A stretch of 30,866 bases of DNA from Candidatus Hadarchaeota archaeon (GCA_040755315.1 JBFMBF010000014.1:1-30866); one strand, 5' to 3'; shown: positions 7,743 to 16,764, counted from the first letter of the stretch. A program made the numbers and translations. Notes: a model not told the origin generated them from the sequence alone.

Positions 7743-8597
7743 TTAACTTTTTGTCAAGATTTTTTTTGTGGCCGTGCTGATTAAATTGGATATTTCGCTA
7801 AAACTTTCAGGTGGTATAGTTACCACGTGGGCGTCTGCAAATTTTTTCGGGATAGTTTTGTCGATGAACTCCCTGCGCTGTTCCTTTGACAGCCGCCATC
7901 CAGAAAAGATTTCCTCAAATGAATGAAAAATAGCGTTCCGAACCCGCTGGCGCCTGTGCTGAAAAAGGCCACGCACCAGCCTTGAAAAAAAGGCTTCATC
8001 GTGAACCTCGAACGGCGATGGCTTCGGCGCCAATCTGACTATTGTCGATGTAACCTCAGGTCGCGGAAAAAAGGATTCAGGCGGCACATCTTCGAGCAGC
8101 TCGATTTTTGCTTTACAGTAGACGTTCACGGTAAGGCGCCCGTAGTCATCCGATCCGGGCTCTGCAACCAAACGTCTGGCAAACTCCTTCTGGTACATCA
8201 ACACCGCCAGCTTGAAAGGCCGCTCCAAGAGACTGAAGGTTAGGTCAGAAGAGATAGAGTAGGGGATGTTTGCAACCACTTTGTTGAACTCTGGCATTGG
8301 AATTTTGAGAGCATCCCCTAACACAAGCTCCACGTTACGCGTTTTTCTGAGCCTCGCCTTGGTCAGCCTGTAAAGCCGCGCGTCCTTTTCCACAGCGATG
8401 ACCTTTCCAGCCCGCCGCGCCAACAGCTCTGTAAGGTTTCCCACCCCCGCCCCTATTTCCAGCACCGTGTCCTCCTGCGATATTTCTCCATACTCAACCA
8501 TCCGCTCAAGCAAGGCCGGGTCCATGACTAGGTGCTGTCCTTCTCGTTTGCTCAGCCTTATCCCGCTTCTTTCCAGTTCGATGAGAACCTCAGACAT
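7743..8597 (-). CDS. ksgA: 16S rRNA m6,2A dimethyltransferase KsgA/Dim1
   Basis: 'GQH', 'LEIGAGVGNLT', 'VVANIPYSISS', 'MYQKEFARRL…YGRL', 'FFPRPEV.S'. Start set at ATG 8597. Confidence 0.95.
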   Translation of the reverse strand: MSEVLIELERSGIRLSKREGQHLVMDPALLERMVEYGEISQEDTVLEIGAGVGNLTELLARRAGKVIAVEKDARLYRLTKARLRKTRNVELVLGDALKIPMPEFNKVVANIPYSISSDLTFSLLERPFKLAVLMYQKEFARRLVAEPGSDDYGRLTVNVYCKAKIELLEDVPPESFFPRPEVTSTIVRLAPKPSPFEVHDEAFFSRLVRGLFQHRRQRVRNAIFHSFEEIFSGWRLSKEQRREFIDKTIPKKFADAHVVTIPPESFSEISNLISTATKKILTKS

Positions 8598-8641
8598 CAC
8601 CCTAATAACCACGTTAATAAGCAAATAATTGAGGGGATACC

Positions 8642-8989
8642 GTGGTTTCGGACATCTTCATGCGAGGCAAAGCGGAGCTGCTCAGGATGTTAAAGCCAGG
8701 CGGGGTGCTCGACCAGCAAATCGAGCGCGAGATAATGGATGTCTATGGTGGAAGAGGGAAGCGCGCAATAGAAGCAATAAAGGGAAGGAAGGTCGTAAAG
8801 CGCGGGCCCAGATGGTTCGTACACGGAAAGGTCGGGGAGTATGAGGTTGTTAAGGACACCTGCACCTGCCGCGACTACGTGATGAACATCGTGACTGGAA
8901 AAGCCGACGTTGACATGTGTTACCACTCGCTGGCAAAGACAATCTGCGAGGCCCTCAAGTCATACTATGTTGTTGAACCTGTTGAATGA
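8642..8989 (+). CDS. SWIM zinc-finger protein
   Basis: CTC…CYH SWIM pattern. GGGGAT RBS before GTG. Confidence 0.8.
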   Translation: MVSDIFMRGKAELLRMLKPGGVLDQQIEREIMDVYGGRGKRAIEAIKGRKVVKRGPRWFVHGKVGEYEVVKDTCTCRDYVMNIVTGKADVDMCYHSLAKTICEALKSYYVVEPVE

Positions 8990-9656
8990 TTAGCTTCTTG
9001 TTCCACATAGGGCAAAGATTTCTTACCGGGCATTTTTCATGTAGCGGGTTCAGGGCGCGGCAGTACTTCCGCCCAAGCTGTATCAGGAGCGTGTGAGCCT
9101 CCACCTTCCTTCCGTTTGGAGTTATTCTTTCAAGTTTGGCTTTGACTCCCTCATAATCGTCTTTAGCGGACGCGAAGCCGAGCCTCTTGGAAACCCTGAA
9201 AACATGCGTGTCCACGGCAATGACATCCCTGCCACCAGCGAAGGCCAGCACCACATCCGCAGTTTTGTAGCCAACGCCGGGAAGCGATAGTAGTTCTTTT
9301 CGGGCATCGTCAACAGGCATTTTCAAGACTTTTCCCAAGTCGCCTTCATACCTTTCTAGTACAGACTTGGAAATTTCCTTCAGGTGCTTTGCTTTCGCCT
9401 TTTGGAGCCCGGCTGATCGGATGAGTTTTTTTATTTCCGCGATGTCTCCTTTCGCAAGGCCATTCCAATTTTTGAACCTTTTTAGCAGGGTAGCCGAGGC
9501 CATGGCGGTGTTCCGGTCGTTGGTGTGTTGGGACAGGACGGTCCAGACCATGACCTCGTAAGGGTTTTTTTGTCTTTTCCATGGTTTGAACTCTTTCCCG
9601 AGCAAATCCAAAATTTTTCCTATTCGCTTGGTTTCGCTCCCCAGTTTTATATCCAC
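8955..9656 (-). CDS. nth: Endonuclease III (HhH-GPD DNA glycosylase/AP lyase)
   Basis: 'VLSQHT.D', HhH 'LPGVGYKTA' with catalytic Lys, 'VDTHV.R', C-terminal Fe-S motif Cx6Hx2Cx5C. Start at GTG 9656 inferred. Confidence 0.9.
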   Translation of the reverse strand: MDIKLGSETKRIGKILDLLGKEFKPWKRQKNPYEVMVWTVLSQHTNDRNTAMASATLLKRFKNWNGLAKGDIAEIKKLIRSAGLQKAKAKHLKEISKSVLERYEGDLGKVLKMPVDDARKELLSLPGVGYKTADVVLAFAGGRDVIAVDTHVFRVSKRLGFASAKDDYEGVKAKLERITPNGRKVEAHTLLIQLGRKYCRALNPLHEKCPVRNLCPMWNKKLIIQQVQQHSMT

Positions 9657-9684
9657 AGACGCAATAGCGCGATTGGTGGAATAC

Positions 9685-10080
9685 TTGGAGGCCATACAAA
9701 TAATATACGCGGCGGTGCTATTGAGCTCTTCGGCTTTCGGGCTGGAGGCGCTCCTGCTTGCGTTTGGTGGAAAGCTCATGGTGCTCTACAGACGCAAAAG
9801 GAAACTTACATTGGCCTTGGCCACATTGGCTGGGCTGGCGGCCACTGTTCCGGCCGTTCTGACTTCTGTTTTATTTGGTTTTGGCGTAGTCTATTTTGGG
9901 GCAGTACTTTTCCTTTACCTCATTCTAGTGATTGTCGTCGCGCGTTTGTTCGGACCCAAATCTCTAAGGGCACCATCGCCTGAGCCTCCGAAAATTTCAG
10001 AGGGGGAGATGATTGAAAGCTTGGAAAAGCGGGGTCTCGGCGACCTAGTGAAAAAGAGTAAAAGGAAAAGAAGAGGCTAA
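9685..10080 (+). CDS. Hypothetical membrane protein (about 3 TM helices)
   Basis: Three long hydrophobic stretches and a basic tail. TTG 9685 follows GGTGGA; start uncertain. Confidence 0.65.
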   Translation: MEAIQIIYAAVLLSSSAFGLEALLLAFGGKLMVLYRRKRKLTLALATLAGLAATVPAVLTSVLFGFGVVYFGAVLFLYLILVIVVARLFGPKSLRAPSPEPPKISEGEMIESLEKRGLGDLVKKSKRKRRG

Positions 10081-10127
10081 TTCCAAGTTCACACCAGCCA
10101 AACTCCGTGCGGAAAGAAGCTTGAAAT

Positions 10128-12131
10128 TTACGCTTTTTCAGGGCCTTGTTCTGGTTCGCCCACCGGGTAGCGCATGATGGCAAGGCGCGCAAGCCCAGCC
10201 TTTTCCGATATCTGCAGGGGTAGGTCTTCCAGCTGTCTCAAAACTTCGGCAGTTTGCGAGATTAGCCGTTGCATGTCACCTTCCTCGCTGCCGCTGGTTG
10301 CAACCAGCGTCCTCCAGTCCATTTTGCCTCCCGCCCAGGCGTAAACTGCGGCAGCTCCCAAGTTTGCCTTATTTCTTCGCCCTCCTTCGAACGGTTCCGC
10401 AAAACCAGACGTTGCTATTTTGTGCCTTCTCTCCATGGAGTCAAGCTCAAAGGCAAGTCTTCTGATGGGGTTTAGGTCCAGCTTGGCAACGGCGAAGCGA
10501 GGCGCCCGTTCTATCATCAGCGCCGCCGCCCAGCCAGCAAGAACTTCTGTTGGGAGATCGTCCATCAGCCCCCGTCGGACGGCCTCCATTATCAGAAGAG
10601 ATTTCTCGTGCCTGATGAGCACTCCCCAATCCCCGTCATCCGTAAGCGTCCATTCACTACCCAGATAACCAAGCGAACGCAGAAGTGCCGCCCTCTGTTT
10701 GAACTCATTCGCAAGCCTCTGCCGCACGAACTGGGCCCGGCGATGGCTTCGTCGCGCCGTTTGGTAGAATGCAAAGCTCTTGTCAACCACCTTCAAAGCC
10801 TCTTCATAGCCCCGGCTCGCTAGCAGGTTCAGCACCTGATAGTACTGGATGCGGAAAGCCGACATCAGCTCCTCGGGCTCACTTTCGGCCAGCGCGATTG
10901 CCTGCCTCAAATCAGCCACTGCTTGCGGGACAACCAGGACAAATCCGACTTTATCTTTACCGCGCCGTCCCGCCCTCCCCGTCATCTGGTGGAATTCAAG
11001 GGCAGTGAGGGGGCGTTCGCCCGTCCTGTCTCCAACCCAAAGGGTCGGGAGCACGACGGTCCTGGCGGGGACATCCAATCCGGCCGCGAGTGTTGTAGTC
11101 GCGAACACCGCCTGCACCAATCCCTCCCTCAACATCCTCTCCACGGAAATTTTCCATGCAGTCATGTGTCCAGCGTGGTGTGGCGCCACCCCCGCGTCAA
11201 TCAGTTGCCGCGCCATCTGGTGCTCTTTAATATGTGGAAAAGATTTGGCCAGCTCTGAAAAAGCGGCCCCCCTGTCTTCCAGTCCGTCATCCAGCCTTAA
11301 CCCACGAAACATGCGGGCGGCCTGATCACAGTCGCGGCGTCTTGGAAGGAAAATAATGGCTGGCAGAAGGTTTTGCTGCTGGAGCATGCGAACCACCTGT
11401 ACTGGATTGAAGTCACGCCAGAGCAGCTGCCTTGCCTTCCTGTTGGGTAAGCTGTTCAACACGTCCAATGGCAGAGCCCGGCCGAAGCGGTCTAGGATTC
11501 CATAGCGCAGAGGCACAGGGCGACCCTCACTCCCAACTAGAATCAGCGTTGGTTTTTTGCCTCTCACCACCTTCATCCACCCGACTAGCTCCTCTGCGTT
11601 GGCTATGGTTGCGGAAAGCAACAGAAGGCGACTCTCCGGTGGAGTGAATATTATCACTTCCTCCCAAGTTACGCCGCGTTCCGTCTCAGCGATGTAGTGT
11701 GCTTCGTCCAGCACTATGAAAGACGCATCAACCGCGCCGCTGTATAAGGAGTTGCGCAGGATCTCGGTCGTGGCAACTATGACGGGTGCATGTGGGTTTT
11801 CCCTTCTTTCGCCCGTAAGCAACCCCACGTTATCTTCTCCGAACAGTTTACGGAACCTGTCGTATTTCTGGTTGCTCAGCGCCTTGAGAGGAGTCGTGTA
11901 CCAGCTCCGCTGTCCTCTCGACAGGAAATCTGCTATGGCTTGTTCAGCTATCCAAGTCTTGCCGCTGCCTGTTGGTGCAACAACCATCGTGTCGTTCACC
12001 ATCACGGATTGTAGGGCCCTTGACTGGAAGGGGGACGGGACAAATGGTCGTGGTTCCGCTTCACCCATTCCTGACAGGAAATCTTTCATTAGAATGTGAG
12101 TGTCATGTCTTTTCAATCGATCATTCTCCAT
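10128..12131 (-). CDS. Ski2/Mtr4/HelY-type DExH-box helicase
   Basis: PTGSGKT, 'TPLKALSNQKY', DEAH, SAT, 'HHAG', 'QMTGRAGRRGKD', C-terminal 'EGDMQRL…EVLRQL' (DSHCT-like). Confidence 0.9.
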   Translation of the reverse strand: MENDRLKRHDTHILMKDFLSGMGEAEPRPFVPSPFQSRALQSVMVNDTMVVAPTGSGKTWIAEQAIADFLSRGQRSWYTTPLKALSNQKYDRFRKLFGEDNVGLLTGERRENPHAPVIVATTEILRNSLYSGAVDASFIVLDEAHYIAETERGVTWEEVIIFTPPESRLLLLSATIANAEELVGWMKVVRGKKPTLILVGSEGRPVPLRYGILDRFGRALPLDVLNSLPNRKARQLLWRDFNPVQVVRMLQQQNLLPAIIFLPRRRDCDQAARMFRGLRLDDGLEDRGAAFSELAKSFPHIKEHQMARQLIDAGVAPHHAGHMTAWKISVERMLREGLVQAVFATTTLAAGLDVPARTVVLPTLWVGDRTGERPLTALEFHQMTGRAGRRGKDKVGFVLVVPQAVADLRQAIALAESEPEELMSAFRIQYYQVLNLLASRGYEEALKVVDKSFAFYQTARRSHRRAQFVRQRLANEFKQRAALLRSLGYLGSEWTLTDDGDWGVLIRHEKSLLIMEAVRRGLMDDLPTEVLAGWAAALMIERAPRFAVAKLDLNPIRRLAFELDSMERRHKIATSGFAEPFEGGRRNKANLGAAAVYAWAGGKMDWRTLVATSGSEEGDMQRLISQTAEVLRQLEDLPLQISEKAGLARLAIMRYPVGEPEQGPEKA

Positions 12132-12159
12132 CCAGAGATTTTTACGTGGGCCGTTTCTT

Positions 12160-12738
12160 TCATCTTATGCCACGGTATTTTTTGTTCAGCTCCACCACAA
12201 GCACACTTACTGGTCTGAAAGCAGATTTGTAAGGTGCCAAGTCTTTGTTCACGGCGCGCCAGAGCTCGTCAAGTTCTTTGGATTTTATTCCCCGCTCCCG
12301 ATATTTTATTGCTTGAACCAGCATTGAGAGGTAATCCGCCGAGCGCACCAGTCTTGCCTCCGTCGATTTTCCTTTTTCATACTCCTCCCAGATTCCCAAG
12401 TAATCTTTTCTGTTTGGAAGCCCGTGCAGCATCTCTTCCAAGGCGCTTCGTTCCATTTCTCTCTTCCTTCCGGTGCCGAGATGTGTCAGTGCAGTGTGGG
12501 GATAATCTCCAGTCAAGGCCTCCGCCCAGTCGTGGATTATTGCCATGCTCAGGGCCCGACCGAGATCAAGCTTCACCTTTCCCCCAAGTTCTCCGGCCAG
12601 CAGCATGGTAACCGCAGCGACATCGAAGCTGTGCTGCGCGACATCTTCAACCTCCGCAAGAGGGACGTTGCAGAACAGCCACCCGGTGCGCGGCAACCTG
12701 TCAAGGTTTTCCAGCTTATCCAGCAAATCGCTTTTCAT
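12160..12738 (-). CDS. HD-domain hydrolase (YfbR/HDDC2-like 5'-deoxynucleotidase)
   Basis: 'LPRTGW…E.VAQHSF…IHDWAEA.TGD…ADYL' motifs. Confidence 0.88.
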   Translation of the reverse strand: MKSDLLDKLENLDRLPRTGWLFCNVPLAEVEDVAQHSFDVAAVTMLLAGELGGKVKLDLGRALSMAIIHDWAEALTGDYPHTALTHLGTGRKREMERSALEEMLHGLPNRKDYLGIWEEYEKGKSTEARLVRSADYLSMLVQAIKYRERGIKSKELDELWRAVNKDLAPYKSAFRPVSVLVVELNKKYRGIR

Positions 12739-12784
12739 CAGAAAAACTGTGTTTTTGGTGGATTTGATGATTTTGGTAAGTATC

Positions 12785-13726
12785 CTACATCCTCTCCATC
12801 AGTGCACCGACCATGAGCGGAAGCAAGACAGTTGCGTCGCCCTCTACAGTGACGTGTTTGGCTTTTTCCTTGAGCTTGCCCCATGAGACAGCTTCTCTGG
12901 TTCTGGCCCCGCTAAGGCTTCCGTCCCACTCAGTGGCAGTTGTGATGTACACGGCGTAGTCAAGCCCAGCGCGGAACTGGTTCCACCATAGGGTGTGGTG
13001 TTTGCTGATTCCGCCGCCGATCATAAGCGCCCCGGCCCTTTTCGCCGAGAAAACCACATCGGCCAGCTCCTGTTGTTCCTTGAACTGGTCGAGCCTGAAT
13101 CCCCGGTGGTCCTGCCAGAAAAGCCACAGCTGGCTCCCGAACGCCCCGTCGAATATTCCAGGAACGTAGATTGGTACCTTGTTTTTCCAGGCCCGATAAA
13201 GGATAGAATCTTTGTTATCCACCCGCTTTCCAAACTCCCATATCAGCTCCTTTCCAGTCAACTCGCGTCGTCCTTCCTCCCAGAGTTCTCGGAGGATCGG
13301 TTGCATTTTTTCCTCAAGCACAATCCCGTAGCTTTCGTTCGGCACTAAAACATTCCCAAGGCGGTTTATCCCGGCGCGGCGAAGCTTGCCATCGTCCATC
13401 ATGAAGTCTCCGTGATAATATGGCTTCCAGGAGCGGGCCAGATCATGGTCAAGAGTCCCGCAGGTGGTTATTACCAAATCAACCAGCTTGTTTTTCACAA
13501 GCTCTTTGATGACCCCGCGGCATCCAGTCGCGACTATGCAGGCGGGGAAAGAAAGAAATTTCACGCAGTCCTTGTCTCGCTGCATCTGCTCAAGGATGTC
13601 CACGGCAGCGGAAACGTTTTTTGCAACGAAGCCTCCCCCGGCACCCATCTGTCGCACAAGTTCGTCGGAGGTCATCCCCTTCCGCAGGGAGATGTCCGAA
13701 ACCCGGCGGCCCAAATTCTTGACCAT
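12785..13726 (-). CDS. dys: Deoxyhypusine synthase
   Basis: 'GINRLGNVLVPNESY', 'IGGGISKHH', 'DGSLSGA…EAVSWGK' with the catalytic Lys, 'GDATV'. Confidence 0.96.
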   Translation of the reverse strand: MVKNLGRRVSDISLRKGMTSDELVRQMGAGGGFVAKNVSAAVDILEQMQRDKDCVKFLSFPACIVATGCRGVIKELVKNKLVDLVITTCGTLDHDLARSWKPYYHGDFMMDDGKLRRAGINRLGNVLVPNESYGIVLEEKMQPILRELWEEGRRELTGKELIWEFGKRVDNKDSILYRAWKNKVPIYVPGIFDGAFGSQLWLFWQDHRGFRLDQFKEQQELADVVFSAKRAGALMIGGGISKHHTLWWNQFRAGLDYAVYITTATEWDGSLSGARTREAVSWGKLKEKAKHVTVEGDATVLLPLMVGALMERM

Positions 13727-13842
13727 TTAATCAACAATTAATTGTGGCCGAGGTTTTAAATCGTTCCAAAACTACCCGCCGGGCCGAAAGCGTTTAATTG
13801 AACCCGTACAGAACTATAACTGGTGAAGTGATGGAAGGTCCA

Positions 13843-14094
13843 ATGGAAAAGGAACTGGTCGGGAAAGTGACCCACTATTTCTCAAAAATAGGGGTTGGGG
13901 TCATAGAACTCTCCGATGTGCTCAAGGCGGGGGACAAAATTTCAGTGGAGGGGGCCACAACAAACTTCCAGCAGGTAGTTCAGTCGATGCAGATAGAGCA
14001 CAAAAATGTGCCGCAGGCGGCCAAGGGCCAGTCAATAGGCGTAAAGCTGGAGCAGCGCACGAGAGAGGGGGACCTAGTGTTCAAGCTGGGTTAA
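13843..14094 (+). CDS. Small translation-factor-like beta-barrel protein (EF-Tu domain II/U32 C-terminal-like)
   Basis: 'VGKVTHYFSKIGV…L..GD.I…SMQIEH…A..GQ.IG.K…REGD.V'. ATG 13831 is an alternative start. Confidence 0.8.
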   Translation: MEKELVGKVTHYFSKIGVGVIELSDVLKAGDKISVEGATTNFQQVVQSMQIEHKNVPQAAKGQSIGVKLEQRTREGDLVFKLG

Positions 14095-14903
14095 CTTTTG
14101 CCTGACTTCAACTTATCAAAAACCCGATCTGCCAGCTCAAGGAAAGCCCGCGCGGCCGACGACTTTGGCGCGTGTCTGACAACTGGAACTCCCGCTGTCA
14201 GGCTTTCCCTAACTTTTTCATCATCTGGAACCGTCATGAGCAGCGGCCAGCCTAGGTTATTCTTCACCTCCGAAATTGGAACCTCGTACTTCTTTCCCCT
14301 GACTTTGTTCAGAACAACGCCCATTACAGGAACTCTGTAGCGTTCGGCCGCCCTGAATGTTCTGAGTGTGCTCGCGATTGTCGGTATCTCTGGGTTTGTT
14401 ACTATTAGCATGTCGTCACAAGCCTTTATTGCCGCGATTGTTTCAGTCCCAAGGCCAGGCGCCGAGTCTACTATTATCAGCTTGTAGTTTTTTCTGAGTG
14501 GTTCCAGCACTGTTTTGAAATCTACAAGTGGAGTGTCTCCCTCATAGGCGAGCGATCCAGGAATTGCGTGCAGCTTTTCTCCCACTACATGTATCGCCTT
14601 TTCAACTGGCGCCGCCCCCGTCAAAACGTCATGCATGCTGGTCTCGACATCTATAATTCCAAGGTGAAGACCAAGGTTCGGCGCCGAGAGGTTTGCGTCC
14701 ACAACCAGCACTCCGCCATCGATTTTTTCGCTAAGAACAGAGCCAACGTTTGACACTGTAGTGGTCTTTCCCACCCCCCCCTTGCAGGAAAAAACACCCA
14801 AGATTTTTGCTCTTCGCGGGGTTATTTCCGGGCGTCTGCCTCTTTCTTTGAATTGGCTGACAATCTCTCTGGTTTTTATTGTCTTTTTTCCAGAATTTTG
14901 CAA
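14091..14903 (-). CDS. minD: MinD/ParA family ATPase
   Basis: Deviant Walker A 'KGGVGKTT', 'VDAN', 'DSAPGLG', 'VTNPE', 'GVVLNKV'. Confidence 0.85.
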   Translation of the reverse strand: MQNSGKKTIKTREIVSQFKERGRRPEITPRRAKILGVFSCKGGVGKTTTVSNVGSVLSEKIDGGVLVVDANLSAPNLGLHLGIIDVETSMHDVLTGAAPVEKAIHVVGEKLHAIPGSLAYEGDTPLVDFKTVLEPLRKNYKLIIVDSAPGLGTETIAAIKACDDMLIVTNPEIPTIASTLRTFRAAERYRVPVMGVVLNKVRGKKYEVPISEVKNNLGWPLLMTVPDDEKVRESLTAGVPVVRHAPKSSAARAFLELADRVFDKLKSGKS

Positions 14904-15221
14904 CTAATCACTCACGAGTTTCGAGCCGTTCTTTAATTCATCTACAGTCCTGATGCCCGCCTCTTTTCCAGCCTCGGTGAGCATGAACTGTGTCACTAGT
15001 CCCTCGGTTCTTTTTGTAATGAGTCCGTCGTTCAGAAAAGACGTCAGTATGTTTTCCATGCGTTCGGGGTTGGGAGAAAAGCCCCTTGACAGAAGTATAG
15101 AATTAATCAGCTCATACCAGCTCATAGGCCCACGCGAATATAACATCCACAGTACCAGTTTGTCAAGCTTGCTTGATAGCGAAGCCAAATCGTTCCCGTT
15201 CAAACTACGATGACTTTCCAC
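14904..15221 (-). CDS. PadR-like winged-helix protein
   Basis: 'LWML…GPMSWYEL…L…GLI…LTEAGKE' pattern. Abuts minD and overlaps the upstream gene. Confidence 0.65.
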   Translation of the reverse strand: MESHRSLNGNDLASLSSKLDKLVLWMLYSRGPMSWYELINSILLSRGFSPNPERMENILTSFLNDGLITKRTEGLVTQFMLTEAGKEAGIRTVDELKNGSKLVSD

Positions 15222-16014
15222 CTCGTTCCCCCCTATTTGCCTTTTTCTTCAACCTTTTTAATATAACCAGGTCCCCCTTGTAAGCAGTCTTTTTAGCCGG
15301 AGCAGGCTTCAGCTTCTCCACTTTGGCATGCGGAATGCCTGGCGCGGAAGCCTCGCGGAGACGTTTAACGGCAGTCGCCATATCCTTTTCAGCTTCAGGC
15401 GAAGGCGGTGCAGTTTCTCTTCCAACATCTTTTTTAAGTTTTTTTACAGAGACGAACATCCTCCTTGGCCGAATCAGGAACCAGTAGACTAGCGAAGCGG
15501 CGATTATCCCCCCTATAAGGATAAGGATGCCGGCAACGGTTGGGGGTTGGCCGGAAGGCCGCCCTGCTATGGCAAATGTGGAAAGCCCATCGGTCTGCGA
15601 CACGTAAGTCAGTGTTTCTCCGGATTCTGTCAGCTGGGTGGCAAGCTCATTCCAGCTGTTGTCCAGCCTCAGCAGCACAACATCGTTTTCACCGACATGG
15701 TTCTGTTCAAGCCAGACCCGAGGAACTTTGAACTCTATTTCAGCTCGTGTGGCTAGGCGCTGCGCATCTAATTTTAGGTAGGTGTAGACGACATGCTGTG
15801 GAGACAACGGTGGAGGCGTGGCCAGAACGTCTATTGTTATGATCACATTTTCAGGCTGGTTGTCGAACCAAGCAGTTAGCCTTCTGACGGGCAGGTCGGT
15901 GGTGAAAACATTGCGGACATAACCTTGGTTGTCAACAGCTACCGCTACCGGTGCGGGCACCACCAGCGTTAGGGCCAGGCAAACTACGCAGAATTTTACC
16001 CGCCAACTTGAGAT
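15205..16014 (-). CDS. PGF-pre-PGF domain surface protein with a C-terminal TM helix and basic tail; probable ATC start
   Basis: 'AEIEFKVP..W…V.L.R…W.EL.T…Y…T.GLSTFAI.G' domain signature. An in-frame signal peptide extends to ATC at 16014. Confidence 0.75.
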   Translation of the reverse strand: MSSWRVKFCVVCLALTLVVPAPVAVAVDNQGYVRNVFTTDLPVRRLTAWFDNQPENVIITIDVLATPPPLSPQHVVYTYLKLDAQRLATRAEIEFKVPRVWLEQNHVGENDVVLLRLDNSWNELATQLTESGETLTYVSQTDGLSTFAIAGRPSGQPPTVAGILILIGGIIAASLVYWFLIRPRRMFVSVKKLKKDVGRETAPPSPEAEKDMATAVKRLREASAPGIPHAKVEKLKPAPAKKTAYKGDLVILKRLKKKANRGERGGKSS

Positions 16015-16122
16015 GTAATCCCCAAATCCACTTCATTTGTTTCTTTTTATTGCAGCGCAATCTTGGCCTTGTTTCAAGTTTTTTCGAAACATTTAAAACC
16101 AACGCTGGGGAAAGTTTATTGC

Positions 16123-16764
16123 ATGAAGAAAAATGAGCGGGTCATCAGGCAGGTACTTTATTTAGTGTTTGAGCAAAACAAACGGTTCATGAACCAGAAG
16201 GCGATATCTGAAGCATGCCACGTCTCTCTCGGGACGGTGAATCCAATCATCAATAAGCTGGAGCGATTGGGCGCCATAGAGAAGAAACCACTCGGCTTCT
16301 CAGTCAGCGATGTTGGCAGAATTCTGATGTACTGGGGCAGCACCCGCGACATTTACCAGGACATAGTTTACACCACCAGCAGCCACCTTCACCCCAGAGA
16401 GATAGAAAAGAACCTGCCGCACGGGTCTATTTTAACGGCATATTCTGGTTTCAGGGCCAAGTTTGGTTCAGCGCCCTCCGACTATGGGTTTGTACATGTT
16501 TATACGGATTCAGCAGAAATGCGCCGGCGGTTTCCCATCAGGAGAGGACGACCAGACAACATAGTTGTTCTCAAGCCAGACGAACACCTTCGGAAACTTA
16601 GCCAGGGGGGGGTTGTGCCCATGGGGCAGCTTTATGTCGACCTCTGGCAGCTTGGGGCCCCAGCCAAAATATTTGTTGACGAGCTGTCCAAGCGTATGAA
16701 GTTGACAGAAGTGGAGGCCATGAAAGGCATAATAAAAAGAGCACGGGAAAAACCGGTCTCCTAA
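16123..16764 (+). CDS. wHTH transcriptional regulator with an AbiEi-antitoxin-like C-terminal domain
   Basis: N-terminal HTH 'NQKAISEACHVSLGTVN', 'LTAYSG', 'VHVY', 'QLYVDLW'. Start set at ATG 16123. Confidence 0.7.
   Translation: MKKNERVIRQVLYLVFEQNKRFMNQKAISEACHVSLGTVNPIINKLERLGAIEKKPLGFSVSDVGRILMYWGSTRDIYQDIVYTTSSHLHPREIEKNLPHGSILTAYSGFRAKFGSAPSDYGFVHVYTDSAEMRRRFPIRRGRPDNIVVLKPDEHLRKLSQGGVVPMGQLYVDLWQLGAPAKIFVDELSKRMKLTEVEAMKGIIKRAREKPVS

Noticed and set aside
9657..9779. N-terminal extension of nth given in the ORF track, and the 9586 start of the opposite gene
   Set aside because: Both extensions would overlap the opposite gene extensively and lack family features. Shorter starts resolve the overlap.
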